Counted from the first letter of the stretch, positions 1 to 9,964 are shown. The stretch is DNA of 32,000 nucleotides from Enterobacterales bacterium endosymbiont of Anomoneura mori (GCF_047159375.1 NZ_AP031381.1:30001-62000), one strand, 5' to 3'. Numbers and translations are program-made. Notes: generated by a model from the sequence alone, not told the origin.

Positions 1-279
1 ACCAATTTTTTGACCACCTAAAATAACTAAAATAGTAGATATAATTGAAGCTAATGCAACATCAGGAGCAACGGCAGCTCCAACATTCATCCAACCTAAT
101 GATATCATTTCTAATGTACCACCAATTGTAAATCCTGTTTTAATATCATTTAATATATATCCAATTAATGTACATGCAATTAAAGGTCTGTGAAATTGAA
201 ATTCATCTAATATAGAATCCATACCAATAATTAAAAAAATAATAAATAATAAAAAAAATTGAAATTTATTAATTTCCAT
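1..279 (-). CDS. manY: PTS mannose-family EIIC component (ManY), N-terminal 93 codons; continues beyond the window edge
   Basis: My reverse-strand translation from the ATG at 279..277 gives MEINKFQFFLLFIIFLIIGMDSILDEFQFHRPLIACTLIGYILNDIKTGFTIGGTLEMISLGWMNVGAAVAPDVALASIISTILVILGGQKIG. It stays in frame to base 1 and is near-colinear with the E. coli ManY N-terminus (SILDEFQFHRPLIACTL, GGTLEM, LGWMN, GAAVAPD, ALASIISTILVI). It is absent from the ORF track because no stop lies in the window. It sits directly downstream of manX, as in E. coli manXYZ. Confidence 0.88.
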   Translation of the reverse strand, partial: MEINKFQFFLLFIIFLIIGMDSILDEFQFHRPLIACTLIGYILNDIKTGFTIGGTLEMISLGWMNVGAAVAPDVALASIISTILVILGGQKIG

Positions 280-316
280 ATATTTTCCAATTTTATTTTA
301 AAATATATAAAATATT

Positions 317-1279
317 TTAATTTATATTTATATTCTTTATTAAATCCATAATTTTTAATTTTCTATCACTAGGTACTTTACGAACTTCTAATTCAATACC
401 TAAATTATTTAATTTTTTAAATGATTCAATATCTTTTGAATCTACTGAAATTGCATTATTTATTTGAGTTTTACCTTTTTTATATGACATACCACCAATA
501 TTTATAGATTTTATTATAATACCTTTTTCAACAATTTTTAAAACATCACTAGGATTAGTAAAAAGTAACATAACATAATCATTAGAATATTTTATATTAT
601 TCCAAACACGAATAGATTTTTCAATTCCAACAACATGTGATGAAATTCCAGGAGGTGATACTTGTTTTAATAAAGTTTTTCTAATATAATCATTATTAAC
701 TTCATCACTAATAACAATAATACGATCAATTTTTGTTTCTTTAACCCAACTTGTTACAATTTGACCATGTATTAATCTATCATCAATACGCGCTAAAACA
801 ATTTTCATATGTATATTATTATTTTTAATTTTTTCTATTTTATTATTTTCTTTAAAATTATTTATTTTATTATTTTTAATATATTTATTTTTAAATAATT
901 TTATTCCATTTTTACCATTTAAATATGCTATATTAATTAATTCTTTAAATGTTATATTATCTTCTCTAGCTAAAAATAATTCTACTAACATTGGAATATT
1001 AACGCCAGAAATAATTTCATAATTATTATGTTTTGTTACAATACGACTAGCAATATTAAAAGGACTTCCACCCCATATATCAACTAAAAAAATAAGTCCT
1101 TTATTTATATTTAAAGATTTTATTGATTTATTATATTTTAAAAATAAATTTTCAGAATTTTCTTCAGATAAAAAATCTATACAATTTACATTTTTTTGTT
1201 TCCCTATTAACATTTCAGTTGTTGATAACATTTCTTTTGCAGCAATACCATGTGTTGAAATTATTATTGCTACAGTCAT
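317..1279 (-). CDS. manX: PTS mannose-family EIIAB component (ManX)
   Basis: 320 aa, colinear with E. coli ManX (323 aa). It retains the IIA phospho-His context STHG (E. coli GTHG), WGGSPFN, the IIB motif ARIDDRLIHGQ, LLFTNP, and the C-terminal GIELEVRKV. The start is ATG, preceded by AAGGA. Confidence 0.95.
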   Translation of the reverse strand: MTVAIIISTHGIAAKEMLSTTEMLIGKQKNVNCIDFLSEENSENLFLKYNKSIKSLNINKGLIFLVDIWGGSPFNIASRIVTKHNNYEIISGVNIPMLVELFLAREDNITFKELINIAYLNGKNGIKLFKNKYIKNNKINNFKENNKIEKIKNNNIHMKIVLARIDDRLIHGQIVTSWVKETKIDRIIVISDEVNNDYIRKTLLKQVSPPGISSHVVGIEKSIRVWNNIKYSNDYVMLLFTNPSDVLKIVEKGIIIKSINIGGMSYKKGKTQINNAISVDSKDIESFKKLNNLGIELEVRKVPSDRKLKIMDLIKNININ

Positions 1280-1421
1280 ATTTTCCTTATTTTTATAGTA
1301 TAATAATTATTTAATATATTTATTAATTATAAATATATTAAAATAATATTTTTAAAAATAAAATATAAATTTTTATTAAAAATTTTATATTTTTTTAATA
1401 AATTATTAAATTATATTTTTT

Positions 1422-3062
1422 TTATATTATCCAATTTAAATGCCAATATTTTAATTTTGATAATTCAATTATTTTTTTAATTGCATCATCAAAATCTCCA
1501 ATTTGATCTATAAGTTTGTTTTTTTTTGCTTCTTCACCTAAAAATATATTACCTTGTGATAATTGAATAATTTTTTTAACATCAATATTTCTTCTTTTAC
1601 AAATTAATTTTATAAATTTTATATATCCATTTTTTACATTTAATTCAATTAATTTTGATAAATATTTTGATAATGGTTTTACAAAATTTAAATTTGATAA
1701 AGGTGATTCATTAGAACTATCATAATGAATTCCAAATGAATTTAAAAATTTTTCATAAGTATTAATTATTGTGAATACACCTATAGAACCTGTTATTGTA
1801 TTACTATCAGCAATTATATAATTTGCTGCAGTAGATATCCAATATCCACCTGATGCACATATATTACCCATTAATGCAATTACAGGTTTACCTAATTTAC
1901 GTATATTTAATATTTCTGAACTTATTTTTTCAGAAGCTTCAATACTTCCTCCTGGACTATTAATAAATAATATTATCGCTTTAATGTTATTATTTAATTT
2001 TGCTTTTTTTAATTTATTAATTATTTTTTTACTACTTGAAACTTGATATATATTTTTAGAATTTATAATTTTACCATTTATAAAAATTATTGCTATTTCA
2101 TTTTTATTTATATTTGTATTTATATTTTTAATTTTATAATTATAAAAACTTATAAATTTATAATTATTTTTATATTTATTTAAACCAAAAAAATCAATAA
2201 ATTCCTTTTTAATTTGTTTTTTAGTAATAATTTTATCTATTAATATTCTATTAAAATTATATTTATTATTATTTTTTTTTTTTAATGTAAATTTAATAAA
2301 TTTTAAAATATTTTTTGGATTTTCATATAATTTAATTTTTCTATTTTTTGATATATCATAAATGTAATTTAACCATAATTTATTTAATAATTTATTTTCT
2401 AAATGTTTTGTTTTTTTAGGCATTTTATCATATATATAAGGCTCAATAGCTGTTTTTTCTATTCCTATTCTATAAATATGACAATTTATTTTTAATTTAT
2501 TTAATAAAGATTTATAATAAATTTTATCATTATTTAATTCATATAAATTTAATATACCATTAGGATATATATATATATAATTTGCAAAACTAGCTAAATA
2601 ATATTGAGATTTATTATAATTATCACTAATAGCAAAAATTGGTTTACCACTTTTTTTAAATTCATTTAATACTTTACCTATATATTTTAATGATGTTTGA
2701 TTAGCACCTAAAAATTTATTTAATTTTAATATTATTCCTGTAATATTTTTATTTTTTTTAGCTGAACGTATAATTTTAATTATATCAAATAATGTATTTT
2801 TAAATTTAAATAAATTGTAATTTATTTTTTCTTTTATATTATTTGTATTTTTTTCATCACTTATTATACCTTTTATATCAAATAGTAAAACTTTTTTAAC
2901 ATTATAATTTAATATTATTTTATTTTTATATATTATTAAATAATTAAAAACATAAAAAATAATTTTTAAAAAAATAAAAATTATTATTATTTTTTTTATT
3001 AATTTAAATAGATAATTTATAATTTTTTTATAAATTGAAATTAAATTTTTAATTATTTTCAT
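1422..3062 (-). CDS. sppA: Signal peptide peptidase A / protease IV (SppA)
   Basis: 546 aa with an N-terminal hydrophobic anchor and two tandem ClpP/crotonase-like halves. The catalytic-serine motif NSPGGS(I)EASE matches E. coli SPGGSVTASE. It is shorter than E. coli SppA (618 aa). Confidence 0.85.
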   Translation of the reverse strand: MKIIKNLISIYKKIINYLFKLIKKIIIIFIFLKIIFYVFNYLIIYKNKIILNYNVKKVLLFDIKGIISDEKNTNNIKEKINYNLFKFKNTLFDIIKIIRSAKKNKNITGIILKLNKFLGANQTSLKYIGKVLNEFKKSGKPIFAISDNYNKSQYYLASFANYIYIYPNGILNLYELNNDKIYYKSLLNKLKINCHIYRIGIEKTAIEPYIYDKMPKKTKHLENKLLNKLWLNYIYDISKNRKIKLYENPKNILKFIKFTLKKKNNNKYNFNRILIDKIITKKQIKKEFIDFFGLNKYKNNYKFISFYNYKIKNINTNINKNEIAIIFINGKIINSKNIYQVSSSKKIINKLKKAKLNNNIKAIILFINSPGGSIEASEKISSEILNIRKLGKPVIALMGNICASGGYWISTAANYIIADSNTITGSIGVFTIINTYEKFLNSFGIHYDSSNESPLSNLNFVKPLSKYLSKLIELNVKNGYIKFIKLICKRRNIDVKKIIQLSQGNIFLGEEAKKNKLIDQIGDFDDAIKKIIELSKLKYWHLNWII

Positions 3063-3108
3063 TTTTTAAATAATTTTATATTAATTAAAATAATTAAATT
3101 AAATTTAT

Positions 3109-4734
3109 ATGATTAAAATAATTAAAAAAAAAATGATTATTACATGTGCTTTTCCATATTCAAATGGTTCTATTCATATTGGTCATTTATTTGAACATAT
3201 TCAAGCTGACATTTTAGTACGTTATAATAGATTAATTGGGAATAAAGTATATTTTGTATGTTCAGATGATGCACATGGTACTGCAATTATGTTAAAATCT
3301 AAAAAAGAAAATAAATTACCTAAAAATATAATTTTAAAAATATATAATGAACATATATTAGATTTTAAAAATTTTAATATAATATATGACAAATATTATT
3401 TAACTCATAATTTAGAAAATAAAAAATTGATAAATTTTTTTTTTAAAAAACTTAAACATAATGGATTTATTAAAAAAAAAAATTATAATCAATTATATGA
3501 TAAAAAAAAAAAATTTTTTTTACCAGATCGTTATGTTATAGGTATTTGTCCAAAATGTTATTCATATGATCAATATGGAGATAATTGTATAATATGTGGA
3601 AATTTTTATAAGTCAACAGAATTAATAAATCCAAAATCTGTAATAACAGGAATAAAACCTATTATTAAAAATTCTAAACATTATTTTTTAAATTTAATTT
3701 TATTAAAAAAAAAAATTTATTATTGGATAAAATCTGGAGTAATTAAAAATGAAATATTAAATAAAATATTAGAATGGTATAAAAATGGAATAAAATCATG
3801 GAATATTTCTAGAAATAAACCATATTTTGGTTTTAAAATTCCAAAAGAAAAAAACAAATTTTTTTATGTTTGGTTTGATGCACCAATAGGATATATAGGA
3901 ATTATTAAAAAATTATGTAATTTTAATAAAAAATTAAATTTTGATAAAATTTGGTATAAAAATTCTAATTTTGAATTATATCACTTTATAGGAAAAGATA
4001 TTATATATTTTCATAGTTTATTTTGGCCATCTATGTTAGAAGGTGTAAAATTAAGAAAACCTACAAAATTATTTATTCATGGACATATAACAATAAATGA
4101 TATAAAAATGTCAAAATCAAAATATAATTTTATTAATGCTAAATCATATTATAAAAATATAAATTCTGATTGTTTACGTTATTATTATGCAAGTAAAATT
4201 TCTAATTCTATAAATGATATAAATTTTAATATTAATGATTTTTTAAAATGTATTAATACAGATATTGTTAATAAATTAGCAAATTTAGCATCTAGAAGTT
4301 CTTCTTTTATAAATAAATATTTCTTTAATAAATTATCAAATAATTTTAAAAATTCAAAAATATATCAAATTTTTATAAAAGAATCAAAAAAAATTTCAAA
4401 ATTATATTTAAATATGAAAATTAGTTCTATAATACGTATAGTAATAAAATTAGTTGATTTAGCTAATATTTATATAAATATTAAAAAACCTTGGTTATTA
4501 TTTAAAATTAAAAAATATGATAATTTACATAAAATTTGTTCAATGTGTATAAATTTATTTAAAATTTTAATTACTTATTTAAAACCTATTATTCCAAATT
4601 TTATTTTAAATTCTGAAAAATTTTTAAATATAAAATTAACTTGGAATGGAATTAAAAAACCTATGTTAGGACATAAAATTAAAAAATTTAAAATGTTATT
4701 TAAAAGAATTAAAAAAAAACATATTTTAAAATAA
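3109..4734 (+). CDS. metG: Methionyl-tRNA synthetase, lacking the C-terminal dimerisation/tRNA-binding domain
   Basis: 541 aa. It carries the class I HIGH-type motif (SIHIGHL), KMSKS, and the zinc knuckle CPKC..(10)..CIIC. It is colinear with E. coli MetG residues 1 to about 547 (ICSMCINLF, TYLKP). Confidence 0.96.
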   Translation: MIKIIKKKMIITCAFPYSNGSIHIGHLFEHIQADILVRYNRLIGNKVYFVCSDDAHGTAIMLKSKKENKLPKNIILKIYNEHILDFKNFNIIYDKYYLTHNLENKKLINFFFKKLKHNGFIKKKNYNQLYDKKKKFFLPDRYVIGICPKCYSYDQYGDNCIICGNFYKSTELINPKSVITGIKPIIKNSKHYFLNLILLKKKIYYWIKSGVIKNEILNKILEWYKNGIKSWNISRNKPYFGFKIPKEKNKFFYVWFDAPIGYIGIIKKLCNFNKKLNFDKIWYKNSNFELYHFIGKDIIYFHSLFWPSMLEGVKLRKPTKLFIHGHITINDIKMSKSKYNFINAKSYYKNINSDCLRYYYASKISNSINDINFNINDFLKCINTDIVNKLANLASRSSSFINKYFFNKLSNNFKNSKIYQIFIKESKKISKLYLNMKISSIIRIVIKLVDLANIYINIKKPWLLFKIKKYDNLHKICSMCINLFKILITYLKPIIPNFILNSEKFLNIKLTWNGIKKPMLGHKIKKFKMLFKRIKKKHILK

Positions 4735-4757
4735 TTTATAATTAAATTATTTTAAAA
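4724..4757. terminator. Candidate bidirectional hairpin between convergent metG and tyrS (A/T-only stem)
   Basis: ttttaaaataattta (4724..4738), loop taat, then taaattattttaaaa (4743..4757) form a perfect 15-bp inverted repeat. It overlaps the metG stop codon (4732..4734) and ends 3 nt before the tyrS stop. The stem contains no G:C pair, and such palindromes can arise by chance in sequence that is effectively a two-letter alphabet. Confidence 0.25.
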
Positions 4758-4760
4758 TAT

Positions 4761-6038
4761 TTAAAAATTTTTCCATAAAATTAAACAAAAATTTTTTTTC
4801 CCTTTTTTAATTATAGTATAATAATTATATAAACGATCTTTTTTATTAAATATATATTCAGGATTAGATTGTTTAATATTATTAATACTAATTGAATTAG
4901 ATTTTATAATTTTATAAGCTTTACTATAAGAATTTACAAAACCTGCTTTTATAATTGATTTTTTTAAACTAACATTAATATAAAATGATATTGTAGGTAT
5001 ATTTAATTCTAGTTGTAAAAAATCAAATTTTGTTAAATTATTATAACAATCTTTAAATAAATTTTTTGTAATACGTAATGCAATATTTAATTCTTTTTTA
5101 CCATGTACTAATCTTGTAATTTCTTTAGCTAATATATATTGTGCTTTTGGTTTTTTTGTATTTTTTTTTTCTTCTTTTTCTAATTTATCAATTTTTTTAA
5201 TATTTATAAATGTAAAAATTTTTAAAAAATTATAAACATCTTTATCACTTACATTAATCCAAAATTGATAAAATTTATAAGGACTAGTTTTTTTTTTAGA
5301 TAACCATATAGTTTTTTTTTCTGTTTTACCAAATTTAATACCATTTGATTGTTTTATAATAGGTGAAGTTAAACCAAAAACTTTTTTTTTATAAATACGA
5401 TATATTAAATCAATACCAGAAACAATATTACCCCATTGATCAGAACCTCCAATTTGTAATATTACTTTATATTTTTTATATAATTTTAAAAAATCATAAC
5501 TTTGTAATAAATTATATGAAAATTCAGTAAAAGAAATACTTTTATCTTCAAAATTTAATCTTTGTTTAACAAAATCTTTTTTAATCATTTTATTTATATA
5601 AAAATATTTACCAATATTACGTAAAAAATATAAAATATTTATTTTTTTATACCATTTATAATTATTTATTATAATTGCATTATTAAAATCATAATTAAAA
5701 TCTAAAAAATATTTAATTTGATTTTCAATTTTTTTTGACCATATCTTAATATCATTTTTATTATTTAATTTACGTTCATTTAATTTAAAACTTGGATCAC
5801 CAATTAAACTAGTTGCACCACCTATTAATATTATAGGTTTATGTCCTAATAATTGAAATCTTTTTAATAATATAATTGGTAATAAATGACCTAAATGTAA
5901 ACTATCAGCTGTTGGATCAAAACCACAATATAGTGCTATTTTTTTTTTAAATAATATTTTTTTAATTTCTTCTTCTTTTGTGATTTGATTTATTAATAGT
6001 CTTTTATTTAAAATTTTAATTAAATTATTATATTTCAT
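4761..6038 (-). CDS. tyrS: Tyrosyl-tRNA synthetase
   Basis: 425 aa (E. coli 424). Motifs present: YCGFDPTADSLHLGHL (HIGH), KFGKT (KMSKS-equivalent), GGSDQWGNI, and a C-terminal S4-like domain. Confidence 0.96.
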   Translation of the reverse strand: MKYNNLIKILNKRLLINQITKEEEIKKILFKKKIALYCGFDPTADSLHLGHLLPIILLKRFQLLGHKPIILIGGATSLIGDPSFKLNERKLNNKNDIKIWSKKIENQIKYFLDFNYDFNNAIIINNYKWYKKINILYFLRNIGKYFYINKMIKKDFVKQRLNFEDKSISFTEFSYNLLQSYDFLKLYKKYKVILQIGGSDQWGNIVSGIDLIYRIYKKKVFGLTSPIIKQSNGIKFGKTEKKTIWLSKKKTSPYKFYQFWINVSDKDVYNFLKIFTFINIKKIDKLEKEEKKNTKKPKAQYILAKEITRLVHGKKELNIALRITKNLFKDCYNNLTKFDFLQLELNIPTISFYINVSLKKSIIKAGFVNSYSKAYKIIKSNSISINNIKQSNPEYIFNKKDRLYNYYTIIKKGKKNFCLILWKNF

Positions 6039-6115
6039 ATTAATTTTAAAAAATATTTTAAAATATTTTTTTAAATTTTATTTAAAATATAAAATATTTT
6101 TTAAAATTATTAAAA

Positions 6116-6489
<374 letters not shown>

Positions 6490-6493
<4 letters not shown>

Positions 6494-7107
6494 TTATTTA
6501 AATAACCTAAAAAATATATTATAGTGAATACACATATCCATATAATATCTAAAAAATGCCAAAATAAACTTAAACAAATTAATCTAGTTTTATTAGCTGG
6601 AATTAAATTATCTGTTTTTATTTGTAAAATAGTAATTAAAATCCATATTAATCCAAAAAAGACATGTGCTCCATGAATAAAAAGAATTGAAAAAAAACTT
6701 GACATATAAGCATTATAATTAGGTCCAATATGTATTTTAATAAAATGATTTAATTCATTAAATTCAATAATTAAAAATGTTAAACCTAATAAAAAAGTTA
6801 AAAATAACCAATTATTTAAACTTTTTATATTATTAGAATTAATTTTTGAAATTGCTATTCCAAAAGTAAATGCACTTGTAAGTAATATTATTGTTTCTAA
6901 TAATACACTATTTAAATTAAATATTTCTTTTTTAATAAAAAAATTAATTTTATTATTATTTAAAACCATATATATAGCAAATAAACAAGCAAAAAAAATA
7001 CAATCACTCATAATATAAATCCAAAAACCAAAAATTTTTTTATAATTTATATCTAAACATTTATAATCTAAAAAAGATTTTTTTTTATTTATATTATTTA
7101 TATTCAT
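6490..7107 (-). CDS. cyoC: Cytochrome bo3 ubiquinol oxidase subunit III (CyoC)
   Basis: 205 aa (E. coli 204). It is a five-TM protein with the HVFFG and LFWHFLD(I)IW motifs typical of oxidase subunit III. It sits between cyoB and cyoD. Confidence 0.93.
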
Positions 7108-7111
7108 AATT

Positions 7112-9073
7112 CTATTTTATTCCTTTATTATTTATAAATTCATTTTTTTTTATATAATTTACAGAAATTTCATAATAATTTTTTATAATAAAACTTCTTA
7201 AAATAATAATTAAAATAATAAAAAATATACTTAATATTGCTAACCACCAAATATACCAAACCATTGAAAATCCAAATAATAAACTAAATATTCCTATTAT
7301 AAATCCTGAAGATGTATTATTAGGTATTTTAATAATTTTATAAATTTTTTCTTTATATTGTAAATTTTCATTTTTAATATGCCAAAATGCATCAATATCT
7401 TTTACTTTAGGAATTACAGCAAAATTATATTTATTTGGAGGAGAACAAGTAGACCATTCTAAAGTTCTTCCATTCCAAGGGTCACCAGAAATATCAATAT
7501 TTTTTTTTTTATCACGAAAACTCACATAAAATTGTATTATTTGAAATATAACACCTATTAAAATTAATATAGCTCCTATTTCTGCGATAAATAAAAGAAA
7601 ATGAAAATTTTTATTTATATTTTGACTTAATCTTCTTGTCATTCCCATAAAACCTAATAAATATAATGGTAGAAATGCTATTAAAAAACCAATAATCCAT
7701 AACCAAAATGCTCTTATTCCCCATTTTTCATTTAATTTAAAACCAAAAAATTTAGGAAACCAATAAGTAACACCAGCAAAACACCCAAAAACTACACCAC
7801 CAATTATAACATTATGAAAATGAGCAATTAAAAATAAACTATTGTGAAGATAGTAATTAGCACCTGGAACAGATAATAAAACTCCACTCATTCCACCAAT
7901 AGAAAATGAAATTATAAATCCAATTGTCCATAACATAGCAGAATTAATTTTTATACGTCCTTTATACATAGTAAAAATCCAATTAAATATTTTAACTCCT
8001 GTTGGTATAGCTATTATCATAGTAGCTATTCCAAAAAATGAGTTAACATTAGCACCCGCTCCCATAGTAAAAAAATGATGTAACCAAACTATAAAAGATA
8101 ATATAGTTATTGATATAGTTGCTAAAATTAAAGATTTATAACCAAATAATTTTTTTTGAGAAAATGTAGAAGTAATTTCAGAAAAAATTCCAAAAATAGG
8201 CATTAATATATACACTTCTGGATGTCCCCAAGCCCAAATTAAATTTATATACATCATTATATTTCCGCCCATATTATTAGTAAAAAAATGTGTTCCTATA
8301 TATCTATCAAAAGTTAATAATAAAATAGTAACTGTAAGTATAGGAAATGATAAAACAATTAATATATTACTACATAAAGATGTCCAAATAAAAATTGGCA
8401 TTTTCATTAATGACATACCAGGAGCTCTCATTTTTAATATAGTTACTATAAAATTAATTCCAGTTAATAATGTTCCTATACCAGATATTTGTAAACTCCA
8501 TATCCAATAATCAACTCCTACACTTGGACTATATTGTTTATTTGATAATGGTGGATATGATAACCATCCAGTTTGAGCAAATTCTCCAATTCCAAGTGAT
8601 ATATTAATTAATAATGCACTAAAAAAAAATAACCAAAAACTAAGAGAATTTAAAAATGGAAAAGCAACATCACGTGTTCCTATTTGAAGAGGTATAATTA
8701 AATTCATAAAACCTACTATAAAAGGCATAGCCATAAAAAAAATCATTATAACACCATGTGCAGTAAATATTTGATTATAATGACTTGAAGATAAAAATCC
8801 AGTTTTACCTGAAGAAACTATAGCTTGTTGACTACGCATCATTAAAGCATCTACAAAACCTCTTATAAACATAATTATTGAAATTGTTATATACATTATT
8901 CCTATTTTTTTATGATCTAATGATATAATATATTCATTCCATAACCATTTCCATTTATTAAAATGTGTCATAGTAACTATAAACAATATAAAAAATATTA
9001 AAACTATACTTATAGTACACATTATAATTGGTTCATGTATTGGAATAGCATTAAATGTTAATTTTCCAAACAT
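7112..9073 (-). CDS. cyoB: Cytochrome bo3 ubiquinol oxidase subunit I (CyoB)
   Basis: 653 aa (E. coli 663). Heme-copper oxidase subunit I signatures are present: [18 protein letters not shown], and [13 protein letters not shown]. Confidence 0.97.
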   Translation of the reverse strand: MFGKLTFNAIPIHEPIIMCTISIVLIFFILFIVTMTHFNKWKWLWNEYIISLDHKKIGIMYITISIIMFIRGFVDALMMRSQQAIVSSGKTGFLSSSHYNQIFTAHGVIMIFFMAMPFIVGFMNLIIPLQIGTRDVAFPFLNSLSFWLFFFSALLINISLGIGEFAQTGWLSYPPLSNKQYSPSVGVDYWIWSLQISGIGTLLTGINFIVTILKMRAPGMSLMKMPIFIWTSLCSNILIVLSFPILTVTILLLTFDRYIGTHFFTNNMGGNIMMYINLIWAWGHPEVYILMPIFGIFSEITSTFSQKKLFGYKSLILATISITILSFIVWLHHFFTMGAGANVNSFFGIATMIIAIPTGVKIFNWIFTMYKGRIKINSAMLWTIGFIISFSIGGMSGVLLSVPGANYYLHNSLFLIAHFHNVIIGGVVFGCFAGVTYWFPKFFGFKLNEKWGIRAFWLWIIGFLIAFLPLYLLGFMGMTRRLSQNINKNFHFLLFIAEIGAILILIGVIFQIIQFYVSFRDKKKNIDISGDPWNGRTLEWSTCSPPNKYNFAVIPKVKDIDAFWHIKNENLQYKEKIYKIIKIPNNTSSGFIIGIFSLLFGFSMVWYIWWLAILSIFFIILIIILRSFIIKNYYEISVNYIKKNEFINNKGIK

Positions 9074-9109
9074 AAATAATTCCTTTTTTAATTTTTTTTT
9101 TATATTTTA

Positions 9110-9964
9110 TTATTTAATAAAATTTAATATTATTTTTTTAAATAAATTATTTTCTACATTAGAATAATATTCTATTGGATTATTTTCACTTTGTTTACTA
9201 ATATAATAAAATTGTCTATTATTTAATATAGTTTTTTTTGACATTTTTACTATATTTAACCATTTTTTAAATTCATTATTATTTTCAGTTACAATAACTT
9301 TAAATTTCATATTAGAAAATCCTTTACCACTAAAACTACTTGAAAAACCTTCATAATTACCAGATTCATTACTTATTAAATTTAATTTACTTTCCATTCC
9401 AGCCATTGAATAAATTTGACTACCTAATTTAGGAATAAAAAAAGAATTCATAACTGAATTTGAAGTAATTTTAAATTTTATTGGAGTATTTTTAGGAAAA
9501 CAAATTTCATTTATAGTAGCAATTTTATTATTAGGGTAAATAAATAACCATTTCCAATCTAATGATATAACTTCAATTTCAATAGGTTCATTACAATTAA
9601 TTAATGGTTTATAAGGATCTAAAACATGTGTCGTTTTTAAAGTTATTGTTCCAAGTATTAAAATTATTATAATTGGTATTGTCCATATTAAAAATTCTAT
9701 TTTTTTTGAATTACACCAATTAGGTTTATATATTTTTTTTTCTTTTTCATTATATTTTAAAAAAAAAAATATAGTAATATATATAACAGGAATTATAATA
9801 ATTAACATTAAAATAATAGATGTAATTATTAATTTTTTTTCTAATAAACTAATATCACCTTTTGTCTTAATTAAAAAAAAGGGAGCACTACTAAAAATAA
9901 ATATAATTAATGTAATTATAAAAAAAAATATAGTTAAAAAAATATTTTTATTTTTAATTTTCAT
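9110..9964 (-). CDS. cyoA: Cytochrome bo3 ubiquinol oxidase subunit II (CyoA)
   Basis: 284 aa. IEVISLDWKWLFIYP, TSNSVMNSFFIPKLGSQIYSMAGM and FSGKGFSNMKFK are colinear with E. coli CyoA. It is preceded by AGGA. Confidence 0.95.
   Translation of the reverse strand: MKIKNKNIFLTIFFFIITLIIFIFSSAPFFLIKTKGDISLLEKKLIITSIILMLIIIIPVIYITIFFFLKYNEKEKKIYKPNWCNSKKIEFLIWTIPIIIILILGTITLKTTHVLDPYKPLINCNEPIEIEVISLDWKWLFIYPNNKIATINEICFPKNTPIKFKITSNSVMNSFFIPKLGSQIYSMAGMESKLNLISNESGNYEGFSSSFSGKGFSNMKFKVIVTENNNEFKKWLNIVKMSKKTILNNRQFYYISKQSENNPIEYYSNVENNLFKKIILNFIK

Noticed and set aside
1123-1314. A 63-aa plus-strand ORF from the ORF track (MIYYILKINFQNFLQIKNLYN...).
   Set aside because: It lies almost entirely antisense to the well-supported manX coding sequence. 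It has no SD, is low-complexity I/L/F/Y-rich as expected from reading an A/T-rich gene backwards, and resembles no family I recognise.
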